Positions 37,591-45,842 of a DNA stretch of 64,000 nt are shown here, piece by piece. The stretch is from a virus. How positions within the stretch are numbered: position 1 is the stretch's first letter; every line of letters starts with the position of its first letter. Below the pieces are notes generated by a model that saw only the letters and a list, made by a program, of their open reading frames with translations, was not told the DNA's origin and ran no database searches. The DNA lies in the IMG/VR virus record IMGVR_UViG_3300029624_000178, positions 3,608-67,607 of that record; one strand, given 5' to 3'. The position numbers and the translations under genes were made by a program.

Positions 37591-39585
37591 TCAGAACCAT
37601 CCTTCACGCCGCCCGAGCCAGTCAGAGCGGCGCTTGCCTTGTTGTTGCGATACCGGCCGCCCGATCATGCCGGCCGGCGTATCCATGCCGGTCGGGACGC
37701 CGAGCTGCGCTTCCAGATCGGCCCATGTCGTCTCGGACCACCGGTCCGCGCCCGCGATCCAGGCGGCGGCGCGCGCGTAGACCCGGCAGTCCAGCGCCTC
37801 GTTGCGTTCGCGCAGCTTCTGCCATTCCAGCCGGGCGAAGCCGCGCCGGTTCCTGACCGTCACGAGCTGCTCGGCGGCAAGCTGCTTGATCCATTCGGTG
37901 TCCGCCCAGCCGGGCAGATGCACTGTGCCGGGGGCGAAGGCGGCGACGACCTCTAGTTCCTCGGGCGTCGGCCGCGGCAACCTCAGGAAGCGATAGGTCT
38001 CGGCCTTGAAGGTTGACACCGCCACCGTCCACAGCCGTGCGCCGCGGCGCAGGCGTTTGCCACCCGCCGTTGCATCCACGTAGGTCGGCCCAGAGACCGG
38101 GCTCGCCCGGTTGAAGCCTTCGAGTCCCTTGACCGGGGCGACCTGCGCGAAGCCGACAGCGCGTGCCCAGCCGTAGACGGCAGCGGTCTCGTAGCCCGTG
38201 TCGATGGCCAGCCTGGCAAGCCCGAGTTCCGCACCGCCGGCGTGCCGCCAGTTGCGGCCCAGCAGATCGGTCAGCGCCTCCCACGCATCGGGATGCGCGG
38301 GCCCGCCCTCGATCACGACGTGATCGACGAGCCAGCTCTCCAGGCCGCGGCCCCAGGCCCAGACGTCGATCTCGATCCGGTCCTTCTGGACGTCGGCGCC
38401 CGCCGTCAGGAACAACCCGCCGGCGGGAACCGTCTCCGCAGGCCAGTCCTCGCGGCGCTCGACCAGACGCTGCCAATCCGGTGCGTCGCCGGTCTCGATC
38501 CAGGTCTCCCCGAGCACCGTGTTGCGGAACACCCGCTCCGCCTCGTCCGAACCCTTCGCGGCTTCCTTGTCCCGGGCAATGTCGGCCCAGCTCTTCCACC
38601 CCGGCGGCGAATAGAGCGCCGAGAGATGAAACCCCACCGTCCGCCCATCGTCGGCCTCGGCCGTCGCCCGCCATTCGCCTGCGGCCAGCATCGCGGCCTT
38701 GTGGTGCTCCGCGATCGCGGTCTCGCAGGCATCGCAATGGTAAGCGGCCGTCTCGGGCTTCCCCTTCTCCCAGCGCAGCCGCTCGAACCTGAGCCACCGC
38801 ATTTCCCCGCAATGCGGGCACGGCACGAAGAAGCGGCGCCGGTCGCTCGCCTCGTATTCGCGCTCGATGCGGCTCACGCCGCGGATCGTCGGCGTCGAGA
38901 CCAGGAAGACCTTGCGCCGATGGGCAAAGGTCAGCGACCGCGCCTCGGCGAGACCGACCGGGTCGCCTTCCTCGTCGGCCGAAGCCGGGTAGGCGTCGAC
39001 CTCGTCGAGGAAGACGTATCGCGCCGGCATGGAGCGCAGCCCCACGGCGGAGTTGGCGCCGGTCAGCACCAACACGCCGCCCGGGAAGTCCTTGGACAGC
39101 TGCGTGTTGCCGCTGTCGCGCGCCCGCGCCGGCTTCACCCGCTCCCGAAGCGCCGGGCTTTCTTCGATCAGCGGATCGATGCGCTGGCGCGAGTTGCGCT
39201 TGGCCAGCTCCACCGTCGGCTGGACCGCCAGCATCGGCCCCGGCGCATGGTGCATCACGAAGCCGATCCAGTTGTTGCCGGCCTCCGTCGCGCCGACCTG
39301 CGCGGCTTTCATGAACACGACCCGCTGCGCCGGATGGCTCGGCGAGAGCGCGTCCATGATCGCGCGCATGTAGGGCGTGCGCTCGGTCCGGTAGCGCCCC
39401 GGCTCGGCCGAGGCGCGTGAGGACAGCCAGCGATGCGTGTCCGACCATTCCGAAACCGTGAGCCAGGGGTCGGGCGTCAGCCCGCGGCCCCAGGCCCGGA
39501 TCAGCGCTTCGGCGCCATCGAATCCTTCGATCTCAGCCGAGAGCGATACGGGGCTGGGCGAGTTCGTCGAGGTGGGCGCGGACAT
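37591..39585 (-). CDS. terL: Terminase large subunit (lambda gpA family)
   Basis: MKAAQVGATE, FLDEVDAYP, STPT, CPHC, GADVQKDR, RNEALDCRVYA. Confidence 0.96.
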   Translation of the reverse strand: MSAPTSTNSPSPVSLSAEIEGFDGAEALIRAWGRGLTPDPWLTVSEWSDTHRWLSSRASAEPGRYRTERTPYMRAIMDALSPSHPAQRVVFMKAAQVGATEAGNNWIGFVMHHAPGPMLAVQPTVELAKRNSRQRIDPLIEESPALRERVKPARARDSGNTQLSKDFPGGVLVLTGANSAVGLRSMPARYVFLDEVDAYPASADEEGDPVGLAEARSLTFAHRRKVFLVSTPTIRGVSRIEREYEASDRRRFFVPCPHCGEMRWLRFERLRWEKGKPETAAYHCDACETAIAEHHKAAMLAAGEWRATAEADDGRTVGFHLSALYSPPGWKSWADIARDKEAAKGSDEAERVFRNTVLGETWIETGDAPDWQRLVERREDWPAETVPAGGLFLTAGADVQKDRIEIDVWAWGRGLESWLVDHVVIEGGPAHPDAWEALTDLLGRNWRHAGGAELGLARLAIDTGYETAAVYGWARAVGFAQVAPVKGLEGFNRASPVSGPTYVDATAGGKRLRRGARLWTVAVSTFKAETYRFLRLPRPTPEELEVVAAFAPGTVHLPGWADTEWIKQLAAEQLVTVRNRRGFARLEWQKLRERNEALDCRVYARAAAWIAGADRWSETTWADLEAQLGVPTGMDTPAGMIGRPVSQQQGKRRSDWLGRREGWF

Positions 39586-40102
39586 GGGCCTCCAGAACCT
39601 TCTGCATGGCCGCCGTCTCCGTCCCCAGCTCCGCCGCCATAAGTGCGGCGACCCGCGCCGGCCAGTTGACCCACGCGTCCCGTTCCTCGCGCGCGAGCCG
39701 GAACACCAGCGCTGTCGCGCGGTCGCGATCGACCAGTTCGCCCTTCAGCTTTGCAAGCCGGATACGCCGCTCCTGCGCCTTCAGCACCTCGTGCGCGGTC
39801 TTCGCTCGCAGGAAGGTAGTGCCGCCGCCCGTCACGGGCGCGGCCATCCCCTGTTCCTTGAGCGTATCGCCCACCGCCGAGACCGCCGCCTCCGGCACCG
39901 GCTTCATTCCGGATCGCGCCGATGCGGACTTCGGGCGGCTCTTCGACGGGTCGGTGGTCTCGGCCCGCTTCGCGTCGCTCGCCGCCGCGTCGATCGAACC
40001 ATCGGCATGCAGGACGAGCCGGCCGGCGGCCTTCGCCTTCTGGATCGCGCCGCGCGACAGCCCGACATGGGCGGCATAGCGGCGCTCGCTCATGCCCTGC
40101 AT
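39533..40102 (-). CDS. terS: Terminase small subunit-like protein
   Basis: N-terminal HTH (SERRYAAHVGLSRGAIQKA), Nu1-like C-terminus (LAKLKGELVDR), overlaps terL. Confidence 0.8.
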   Translation of the reverse strand: MQGMSERRYAAHVGLSRGAIQKAKAAGRLVLHADGSIDAAASDAKRAETTDPSKSRPKSASARSGMKPVPEAAVSAVGDTLKEQGMAAPVTGGGTTFLRAKTAHEVLKAQERRIRLAKLKGELVDRDRATALVFRLAREERDAWVNWPARVAALMAAELGTETAAMQKVLEAHVRAHLDELAQPRIALG

Positions 40103-40203
40103 GCGACCTCTAAAACAACAATGAAATGATGCACTTATCTGCTTGATGGCGGCGCGGATCGGAGCCTGTATGGGGCCAACACGATCAAGCCAGGAGCCAG
40201 ACG

Positions 40204-40584
40204 ATGACCACCACGATCCTTCCCACCCGCAACACCGAATGGGGCTTCTGGGGCACCATCGACCGGATCGACGACGATCTGGCCGCCGACGCACCCAAGG
40301 CTTGGACGCAAGCCTCGCAAGCCATCGCCGCCGCCACGGGCGTCTCCCCCGAAGGGGTGCGCGACTTCCTCGACAGCCGCCACGGCCGCCACTTCGCCGA
40401 CGACGTCGCCAACTGGCTCGCCCGCGGCGACACGCTGAAGGACGCCATCGATGCCGCCGTCGCCCGCTGGATGGGCTGGCGCATCGACCGACGCACCAGC
40501 CGCGACACTGGAATCCCCACCGGGATTCCTTACCTCACGGGCTTCGCCACCCACTTCGAGATCCTCGCCGAATCCGACGCCTGA
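40204..40584 (+). CDS. Hypothetical protein (opposite-strand moron)
   Basis: AGGAG RBS; WGFWGT..RDFLDSRHGRHFADDV; codon usage like the phage genes. Confidence 0.8.
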   Translation: MTTTILPTRNTEWGFWGTIDRIDDDLAADAPKAWTQASQAIAAATGVSPEGVRDFLDSRHGRHFADDVANWLARGDTLKDAIDAAVARWMGWRIDRRTSRDTGIPTGIPYLTGFATHFEILAESDA

Positions 40585-40599
40585 GACGCGGCTCCTTCC

Positions 40600-40670
40600 G
40601 ACCTTCTGCCCCGCACCGCATGCGGTCGGGGCTCGGGGTGGTAGAAGAGGCGCGATGGTCGCGCCTCCCA
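40600..40670 (+). ncRNA. Candidate structured RNA / leader element
   Basis: Nested stems CTTCT/AGAAG, GCCCCG/CGGGGC, ACCGCATGCGGT, then GAGGCGCGA-tgg-TCGCGCCTC before the GGAGG RBS. Confidence 0.45.
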
Positions 40671-40687
40671 CTTCCGGAGGTCAATCA

Positions 40688-41212
40688 ATGGCTCAGATCC
40701 AACTTTCCGACACCCAAGCCGTCATTCTCAGCGCCGCCTGCGCCCGGGACGACGGGTTGGTCTTTCCGATCACCGCCAAGATCAAAGGCGGCGCGGTGGG
40801 CAACGTCTGCAAGAGTCTACTCAAGCGGCGCCTGATCGAAGAGATTCCCGCGGTAGATCTCGACACAGTGTGGCGACACGACGAGGCGAACGGCCCGATC
40901 ACCCTGCGCGCGACGCCACTTGCTTACTCCGCACTGGGAATCGTCGAAGACAACGAACAAGTGCCTGCACCTGATGGTGCTGATACTGGCTCACCAAAGC
41001 CCGTGAAGTCTCGGCACGGCAGCAAACAAGCGCTGCTTGTCGAGATGCTAAGGGACCCGGCAGGCGCAACGATCCAGCAGATCGTCGATGCCACGGGATG
41101 GCAACCCCACACGGTGCGCGGCGCCATCGCCGGGGCGGTCAAAAAGAAGCTCGGTCTCGACGTCACCTCCAAGAAGGTCGACGGGCGCGGGCGGGTCTAC
41201 AAGATCGACTGA
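40688..41212 (+). CDS. DUF3489-family wHTH protein
   Basis: SKQALLVEML..GATIQQIVDATGWQPHTVRGAIAG..KKLGL..GRVY; GGAGG RBS. Confidence 0.88.
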   Translation: MAQIQLSDTQAVILSAACARDDGLVFPITAKIKGGAVGNVCKSLLKRRLIEEIPAVDLDTVWRHDEANGPITLRATPLAYSALGIVEDNEQVPAPDGADTGSPKPVKSRHGSKQALLVEMLRDPAGATIQQIVDATGWQPHTVRGAIAGAVKKKLGLDVTSKKVDGRGRVYKID

Positions 41213-41214
41213 AC

Positions 41215-41988
41215 TTAGAAGAGAGCGGGTTGCTGTATTGTATCCAACCGGACCACGCCGTTGATCAACCACGTGTCCGGGTACAGAGAGTGGGTTCCCA
41301 TGGCGAGGAGCATTCCTTTCGAGGGATACTCCTCGCCGAACACTTTCTTCACGTCCGCCAATGCCTGGTCGTGGCCGTACTCTCTCTCCCAACGGTAGTA
41401 GGTGGCCTCGATTTCCCAGTCCTGGCAAGTACCCTCCCTTTCTCCATCATCGGTGCGGTACCGATACTTGAAGCGGTAAGGGCATGGTTTGTACGGAATG
41501 ATCGGTTTGGTATTGAAGAGGTCCGGTTGAGCCCTCAGCGCATCGAATTTCGCCGTCTCTGCCGCGATTTCTTCAGCGCTTTTTTTCTCTACCTTGAACC
41601 CGGTAACCTCAGCCTGCAGCAAGGCAAGGCTTCTTCCTTCGGCTCGTTCCTTATCCAAGGAGGTAACGATTGAGCTCGCCAGGAACCGCTCCCTCTCAGT
41701 CTTCCTGAGCTTTCCCAGTATCTGAAGACTATCCTGATCGACACGGCGACTCTCGATGCGACGATCGTCATTCGGGAGCCGCCACTTGAACCGCACGCGG
41801 TCCCAACGCCCGAACTTCTGCCCCTCACCAAGGGTCCGAAATGAGATCGGGTATAGTCGTAGCCAATTACCTTGCAGGTCGATGCCGGCGCAGCAGACGG
41901 TTTCGCCGTGCCTCTGACCGACTTGAGGCGCGGCCTTGATGATTACAATTGCTTCGGTCTCACCCGAACGCGTATGCCCGTCCAACAC
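41215..41988 (-). CDS. Uncharacterised DUF488 partner protein (start uncertain)
   Basis: KAAPQVG..ETVCCAGID..WLRLYP..D.RIES..CQDWE..MGT motifs; overlaps the DUF488 stop. Confidence 0.8.
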   Translation of the reverse strand: MLDGHTRSGETEAIVIIKAAPQVGQRHGETVCCAGIDLQGNWLRLYPISFRTLGEGQKFGRWDRVRFKWRLPNDDRRIESRRVDQDSLQILGKLRKTERERFLASSIVTSLDKERAEGRSLALLQAEVTGFKVEKKSAEEIAAETAKFDALRAQPDLFNTKPIIPYKPCPYRFKYRYRTDDGEREGTCQDWEIEATYYRWEREYGHDQALADVKKVFGEEYPSKGMLLAMGTHSLYPDTWLINGVVRLDTIQQPALF

Positions 41989-42466
41989 TGAAATCGCCGT
42001 GGTCCGTCTCCTCGGCAAGCCCATGCCGGACACCGATGTGGCGGACATCGATGGCTTCTCGGCTCGCCATTTCCTCTGCAACGATCGCGCGATGACAACT
42101 GGAATGATCGCGCTCGAAACATAGCAAACAAGCACGTGCGCGGGCAGTAATGTCCAAGGCTTGCGCTAGGGCCTCTTGTGCGTCCGCGCCTTCCATATGG
42201 GCACGGAAGATCCGCTGGAACGCCTTCATATCTCCGCGCTTTGCGGCTTCGCGTCCTGGCTTTGGGTCCCCGAGGTCCCGAAGGTGCACGTACTCAAGCC
42301 CTTCGCTTTCCAGGATGCCAGTAAGGGCCTTTTTCGAGAACCCTCGCTTGCGCGAAACAGGCACATCGCGAATATCAATGAGCACCTGAACATCAGCTAT
42401 TTTGAGAGTTGCGACGAAATCTTCGATCGTCGCGCCTTCGTAGCCAATTGTTAGAACCGTGCTCAC
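41960..42466 (-). CDS. DUF488-family protein
   Basis: TIGYEG, LIDIR.VP.SRKRGFSK, YVHLRDLG, LLCFERD..CHR. Confidence 0.92.
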   Translation of the reverse strand: MSTVLTIGYEGATIEDFVATLKIADVQVLIDIRDVPVSRKRGFSKKALTGILESEGLEYVHLRDLGDPKPGREAAKRGDMKAFQRIFRAHMEGADAQEALAQALDITARARACLLCFERDHSSCHRAIVAEEMASREAIDVRHIGVRHGLAEETDHGDFSVGRAYAFG

Positions 42467-42532
42467 AATTACTTCCTAAACGTCTGTCTCTACATGCGAA
42501 AATCATGCGGAAAACTCGTTAACGCATCGTTT

Positions 42533-42787
42533 TCACATGTCCTTGATCGCATTCCCAGAGTCCGCGATCAAGCTCCGAGTTCGGATCGCCTCGAAAATTC
42601 TACGCAACAGGTAGGTGCGCAGGATCGAGACCAGCGTGAAGACCGCGCCAATTGCCAACGCATCGCTGAGATGGGACGGCAACCCAAACCACGGGAACAC
42701 GACGAGCTGCGTCACCACGGCGACACCGTAGCCGGCAATCACGTTTGCCACGGCCTCGACGAGCGACATGGTACGCGACTGCTTCAT
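42533..42787 (-). CDS. Small two-TM phage protein
   Basis: MKQSR.MSLVEAVANV..GY..FPWFG..R.YLLRR.FE; coupled to the methylase stop. Confidence 0.8.
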   Translation of the reverse strand: MKQSRTMSLVEAVANVIAGYGVAVVTQLVVFPWFGLPSHLSDALAIGAVFTLVSILRTYLLRRIFEAIRTRSLIADSGNAIKDM

Positions 42788-44094
42788 GCGGCGTCTGCCG
42801 CATCGGATTCCCCCAGCCTCTCCTCCCGAATTTCGGAGAAAGTCCGACCGTCGCCATCGAGGATGGCGTCGCGGCCGGTCTCGGCCTGCCAGCGCTCGAC
42901 GGCCACATCGACATAAGCGGGGCTGATCTCCATCGCATAGACGCGGCGTCCGTTAGCCTCGCCCGCCATTATCTGCGAGCCGGAGCCCGAGAACGGCTCG
43001 TAACAGAGCCCTCCGCGCTCGACATGCTGGCGCATCGGGATCCCGAACGCGTCGAGCGGCTTCGGGGTCGGATGGTCTGGCCGCTCGTCCTTGGCGAAGC
43101 TCGGCATCTCCCAGGTCGACGGCAGCGTCTCGTCCGCGACCTTCGGCGGGCGTTTGCCCTTGATCCAGCCCATGAAGCAGGGCTCGTGCTTCCAGAGGTA
43201 GAGGGACCGGGTGAGTACGCCGCGGTCCTTCACCCAGATGATCTGCTGGTGGACGAAGGCCCCTGCCTTTTCCCAGCAGGCCTCCAGCATCGCTTGGCGG
43301 CGGGAGGCGTGCCAGCAGTACCAAGCAGCATCATCGGTGATCGCCTCGGCCACGGCCGCGGCGATGAACCTGTCGTAGAGCTCGGCGCCCTGGCTGCTGT
43401 CGTCCCAGGTCGTGCCGTAGGAGGCCGACCAGTCTTTGTTCCGCGTCGGATGGTTCGAGCCGTCATAGTCGACGAGGTACGGCGGATCGGTTGCGAACAG
43501 CACCGCGCGCTCGCCGTTCATCAGGCGGCGCACGTCCTCCGCATTGGTCGAATCCCCGCAGAGCAGCCGGTGGTCGCCGAGCCGCCAGAGATCGCCCTGT
43601 CTCGATGCCGGGTTGCGCGGCGGCTCCGGAACGACGACCGGCGGCTGGCCGCCGCCAGAGCCGTCATCGGCTCCCGTCTCCGCGAGCAGCCGGTCCAGCT
43701 CGCCGTCGGCGATGCCGACCAGCGACAGATCGAACTCCTCGGCCAACAGGTCCTGCAGCTCGGCCGACAGCAGCGCCTCGTCCCAGCCGCCCATCTCGGT
43801 CAGCTTGTTGTCGGCGATCCGGTAGGCCCGCCGCTGCGCCTCAGTCAGATGACCGAGCACGATCACCGGCGCTTCGGTCAGACCGAGCTGGGTCGCCGCC
43901 AGGATGCGCCCATGGCCGGCGATCACCTCGCCGTCCTCGGCGACGAGCACCGGCACCGTCCAGCCGAACTCCGCCATGCTGGCGGCGATCTTCGCGACCT
44001 GATCGTCCCCGTGCGTCTTCGCGTTCTGCGCATAGGGCTTCAGGCGATCGAGCGGCCAGGTCTCGATCGCGTCGGGCGCGAAGCTGAGCATCAT
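42784..44094 (-). CDS. ParB-like domain - DNA amino-methyltransferase fusion
   Basis: ParB part (NAKTH..IAGHGR..RIADNK), TDPPY, HPTPKP, EPFSGSGS. Confidence 0.93.
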   Translation of the reverse strand: MMLSFAPDAIETWPLDRLKPYAQNAKTHGDDQVAKIAASMAEFGWTVPVLVAEDGEVIAGHGRILAATQLGLTEAPVIVLGHLTEAQRRAYRIADNKLTEMGGWDEALLSAELQDLLAEEFDLSLVGIADGELDRLLAETGADDGSGGGQPPVVVPEPPRNPASRQGDLWRLGDHRLLCGDSTNAEDVRRLMNGERAVLFATDPPYLVDYDGSNHPTRNKDWSASYGTTWDDSSQGAELYDRFIAAAVAEAITDDAAWYCWHASRRQAMLEACWEKAGAFVHQQIIWVKDRGVLTRSLYLWKHEPCFMGWIKGKRPPKVADETLPSTWEMPSFAKDERPDHPTPKPLDAFGIPMRQHVERGGLCYEPFSGSGSQIMAGEANGRRVYAMEISPAYVDVAVERWQAETGRDAILDGDGRTFSEIREERLGESDAADAA

Positions 44095-44283
44095 GAACGA
44101 TCCTGTTCGAGGAAAGCCGGACGCCGGGACCGGAATCCATCACTGGATCCGGTGCTGGACTCCGTCGGCGTCCACCGGCATCCACCTGGGCGCGGCGCGA
44201 AGCTTTTGATTTATCAAAGGCATCGGGAAGCGGCGGCCGGGATGGACTCCGGGTGGCTTCCCAAAAATCCGGCCCTGTCGCTG

Positions 44284-44335
44284 GCGAAATGCCGCGCTTC
44301 GCCCGCCAGCATACGATTTGCGCCAGGAAGGACCC
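44284..44335 (-). other. Lambda-like cohesive end site (cosQ + cosN candidate)
   Basis: Minus strand GGGTCCT-TCCTGGCGCAAATCGTATGCT-GGCGGGCGAAGCGCGGCATTTCGC versus lambda GGGTCCT..GGGCGGCGACCTCGCGGGTTTTCGC. Confidence 0.7.
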
Positions 44336-44464
44336 ATGAACTCGTCTGGAAGCGGGGGACAGCCGCGACGCGCGCGCCTCTCCCGAGGATAGTGAAAAAC
44401 CTAACCCGATCAGCCGTTTCTGTCCGTTCGAAAAGTGTCCGCCGGACACCTTTCCCGCCGCTGC

Positions 44465-44896
44465 TCACCGCTTCGCCGCACCCGCCATCTCGATTACTTT
44501 GCGCTTCGAGATGTTGCGATTGACCCGCTGCCCATTAAGGCGAGAGGCAATGACACAGAGCGCGTAGAGCCAGTGCTCGTGGGCGGCCGACCGCTGCAAT
44601 CCGACTTTCCAACAGATGGTCTTCCACCGCTCGCCATAGGCGCGCAACCACACGATCTTGCCATCGATCGGTTCCAGTCCGACCGTCCAACTCAGCGTTT
44701 CTTCCATTCGGCTGATCGCGGCCGGCGAGGGCAACACACGCATCGGCCTGGGCTCCTGCCCCACCAGGTCACTGAACTCGTAGAGAACCCTCGGCCAGGT
44801 GCTGAAGTAGCCCTGGCGGCGGGGTTCCGGCAGCCGTTTGAGAACGGACGCCGCTTCAGCCAGCCGTTCCTCGACCAGGCTCGGTGTCCACCTCAC
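44465..44896 (-). CDS. DUF6362-like protein, putative late transcription regulator
   Basis: WT...VEERL.EAA.VL.RLP..WP..P.P.AISRM..IVWLRA..WK.IC; position between replication genes and cos. Confidence 0.75.
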   Translation of the reverse strand: MRWTPSLVEERLAEAASVLKRLPEPRRQGYFSTWPRVLYEFSDLVGQEPRPMRVLPSPAAISRMEETLSWTVGLEPIDGKIVWLRAYGERWKTICWKVGLQRSAAHEHWLYALCVIASRLNGQRVNRNISKRKVIEMAGAAKR

Positions 44897-45426
44897 AGCA
44901 CACCTCCCCGGGTTTCCATCGCCCAGAGCAGGATCGCGATCGCGTCGGCCTCGTTGTCGTCGGCGGGTCGGTATCCACGCTCACGGATGGCGGCGACCAC
45001 GGCATCCTTGCCGGCGTTGCCCTTGCCCGTGGCGAACCGCTTGATCGTACCGACGGGCACGCCCTGGTAGGCGATGCCCTCGCGCTCGCACCAGGCGCTC
45101 AAGGTGGCGAGGAAGCCGCCGTAGAGATGCGCGGCATCGGTGCCGACATGGCGTCGAACCTCCTCGAAGTAGACCGAGGCCAGGCCGCCACAGTCGTTCG
45201 CCAGTTGGGCCAGCCAGTGCTGGAAGCGCAGATACCGCATGCCTCCGCCGTCGAAGCGCCCGGATCGGAACGTGGTCGTCCCGCTGTGAACGATCCCGCC
45301 CGCCAGGCTCGCCCAGCCCGTGGTGGTCCCGAGATCGAGGGCCAGAATGCCGCCGCCCGCGGATGCCGCGACGGGCGGGACCTCGAGGGGGCTGTTCTCG
45401 GGGATGGGTGACGGGTGCTGGCTCAT
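44893..45426 (-). CDS. RuvC-like Holliday junction resolvase
   Basis: ILALDLGTTTGWA, YFEEV, IKRFATGKGNAGK, DDNEADAIA. Confidence 0.85.
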   Translation of the reverse strand: MSQHPSPIPENSPLEVPPVAASAGGGILALDLGTTTGWASLAGGIVHSGTTTFRSGRFDGGGMRYLRFQHWLAQLANDCGGLASVYFEEVRRHVGTDAAHLYGGFLATLSAWCEREGIAYQGVPVGTIKRFATGKGNAGKDAVVAAIRERGYRPADDNEADAIAILLWAMETRGGVL

Positions 45427-45614
45427 GTCGATCGGTCCTTCTGGTCTGATGTCGGGGACGAGGTGGGCGGCACGCTGCCTGCGCGCGCGAAGCCCCTGGG
45501 GGTGGGAGAGGGAGAACCCGCTCAGCGCGGTTCTCCCCCACCCCCGAAGGGGGTGGCTTTCACCCCCACAACTTCGAAAGCGCGTCAACGCGTTGAATCC
45601 GTTGGAGAAAACGA

Positions 45615-45807
45615 AGTTGGGATGGCGCGTTTCGTGGGTCGCGTTCCCAACTTGAATCTGCGAAAGGCCGCGCAGCCGAGCGCGCTGGAGCCAAGATAGT
45701 TGGGAAAGCCCGTCCCAACTTGCTGGCGCGCGCCAGCGCGAAAACGGACAGGGTGCAGCGAAGGTAGTTGGGGTCGCCTCTCCCAACTTCCCCAACTTGA
45801 ATCTGCG
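45615..45807. repeat. Iteron-like cluster, candidate replication origin
   Basis: Seven CCCAACT/AGTTGGG copies and a 17-bp direct repeat CCCAACTTGAATCTGCG (45646-45662, 45791-45807) just downstream of the primase-helicase. Confidence 0.65.
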
Positions 45808-45842
45808 CAATCCTGAGCACGGGGCGGGTCGATGCGGAGCGC

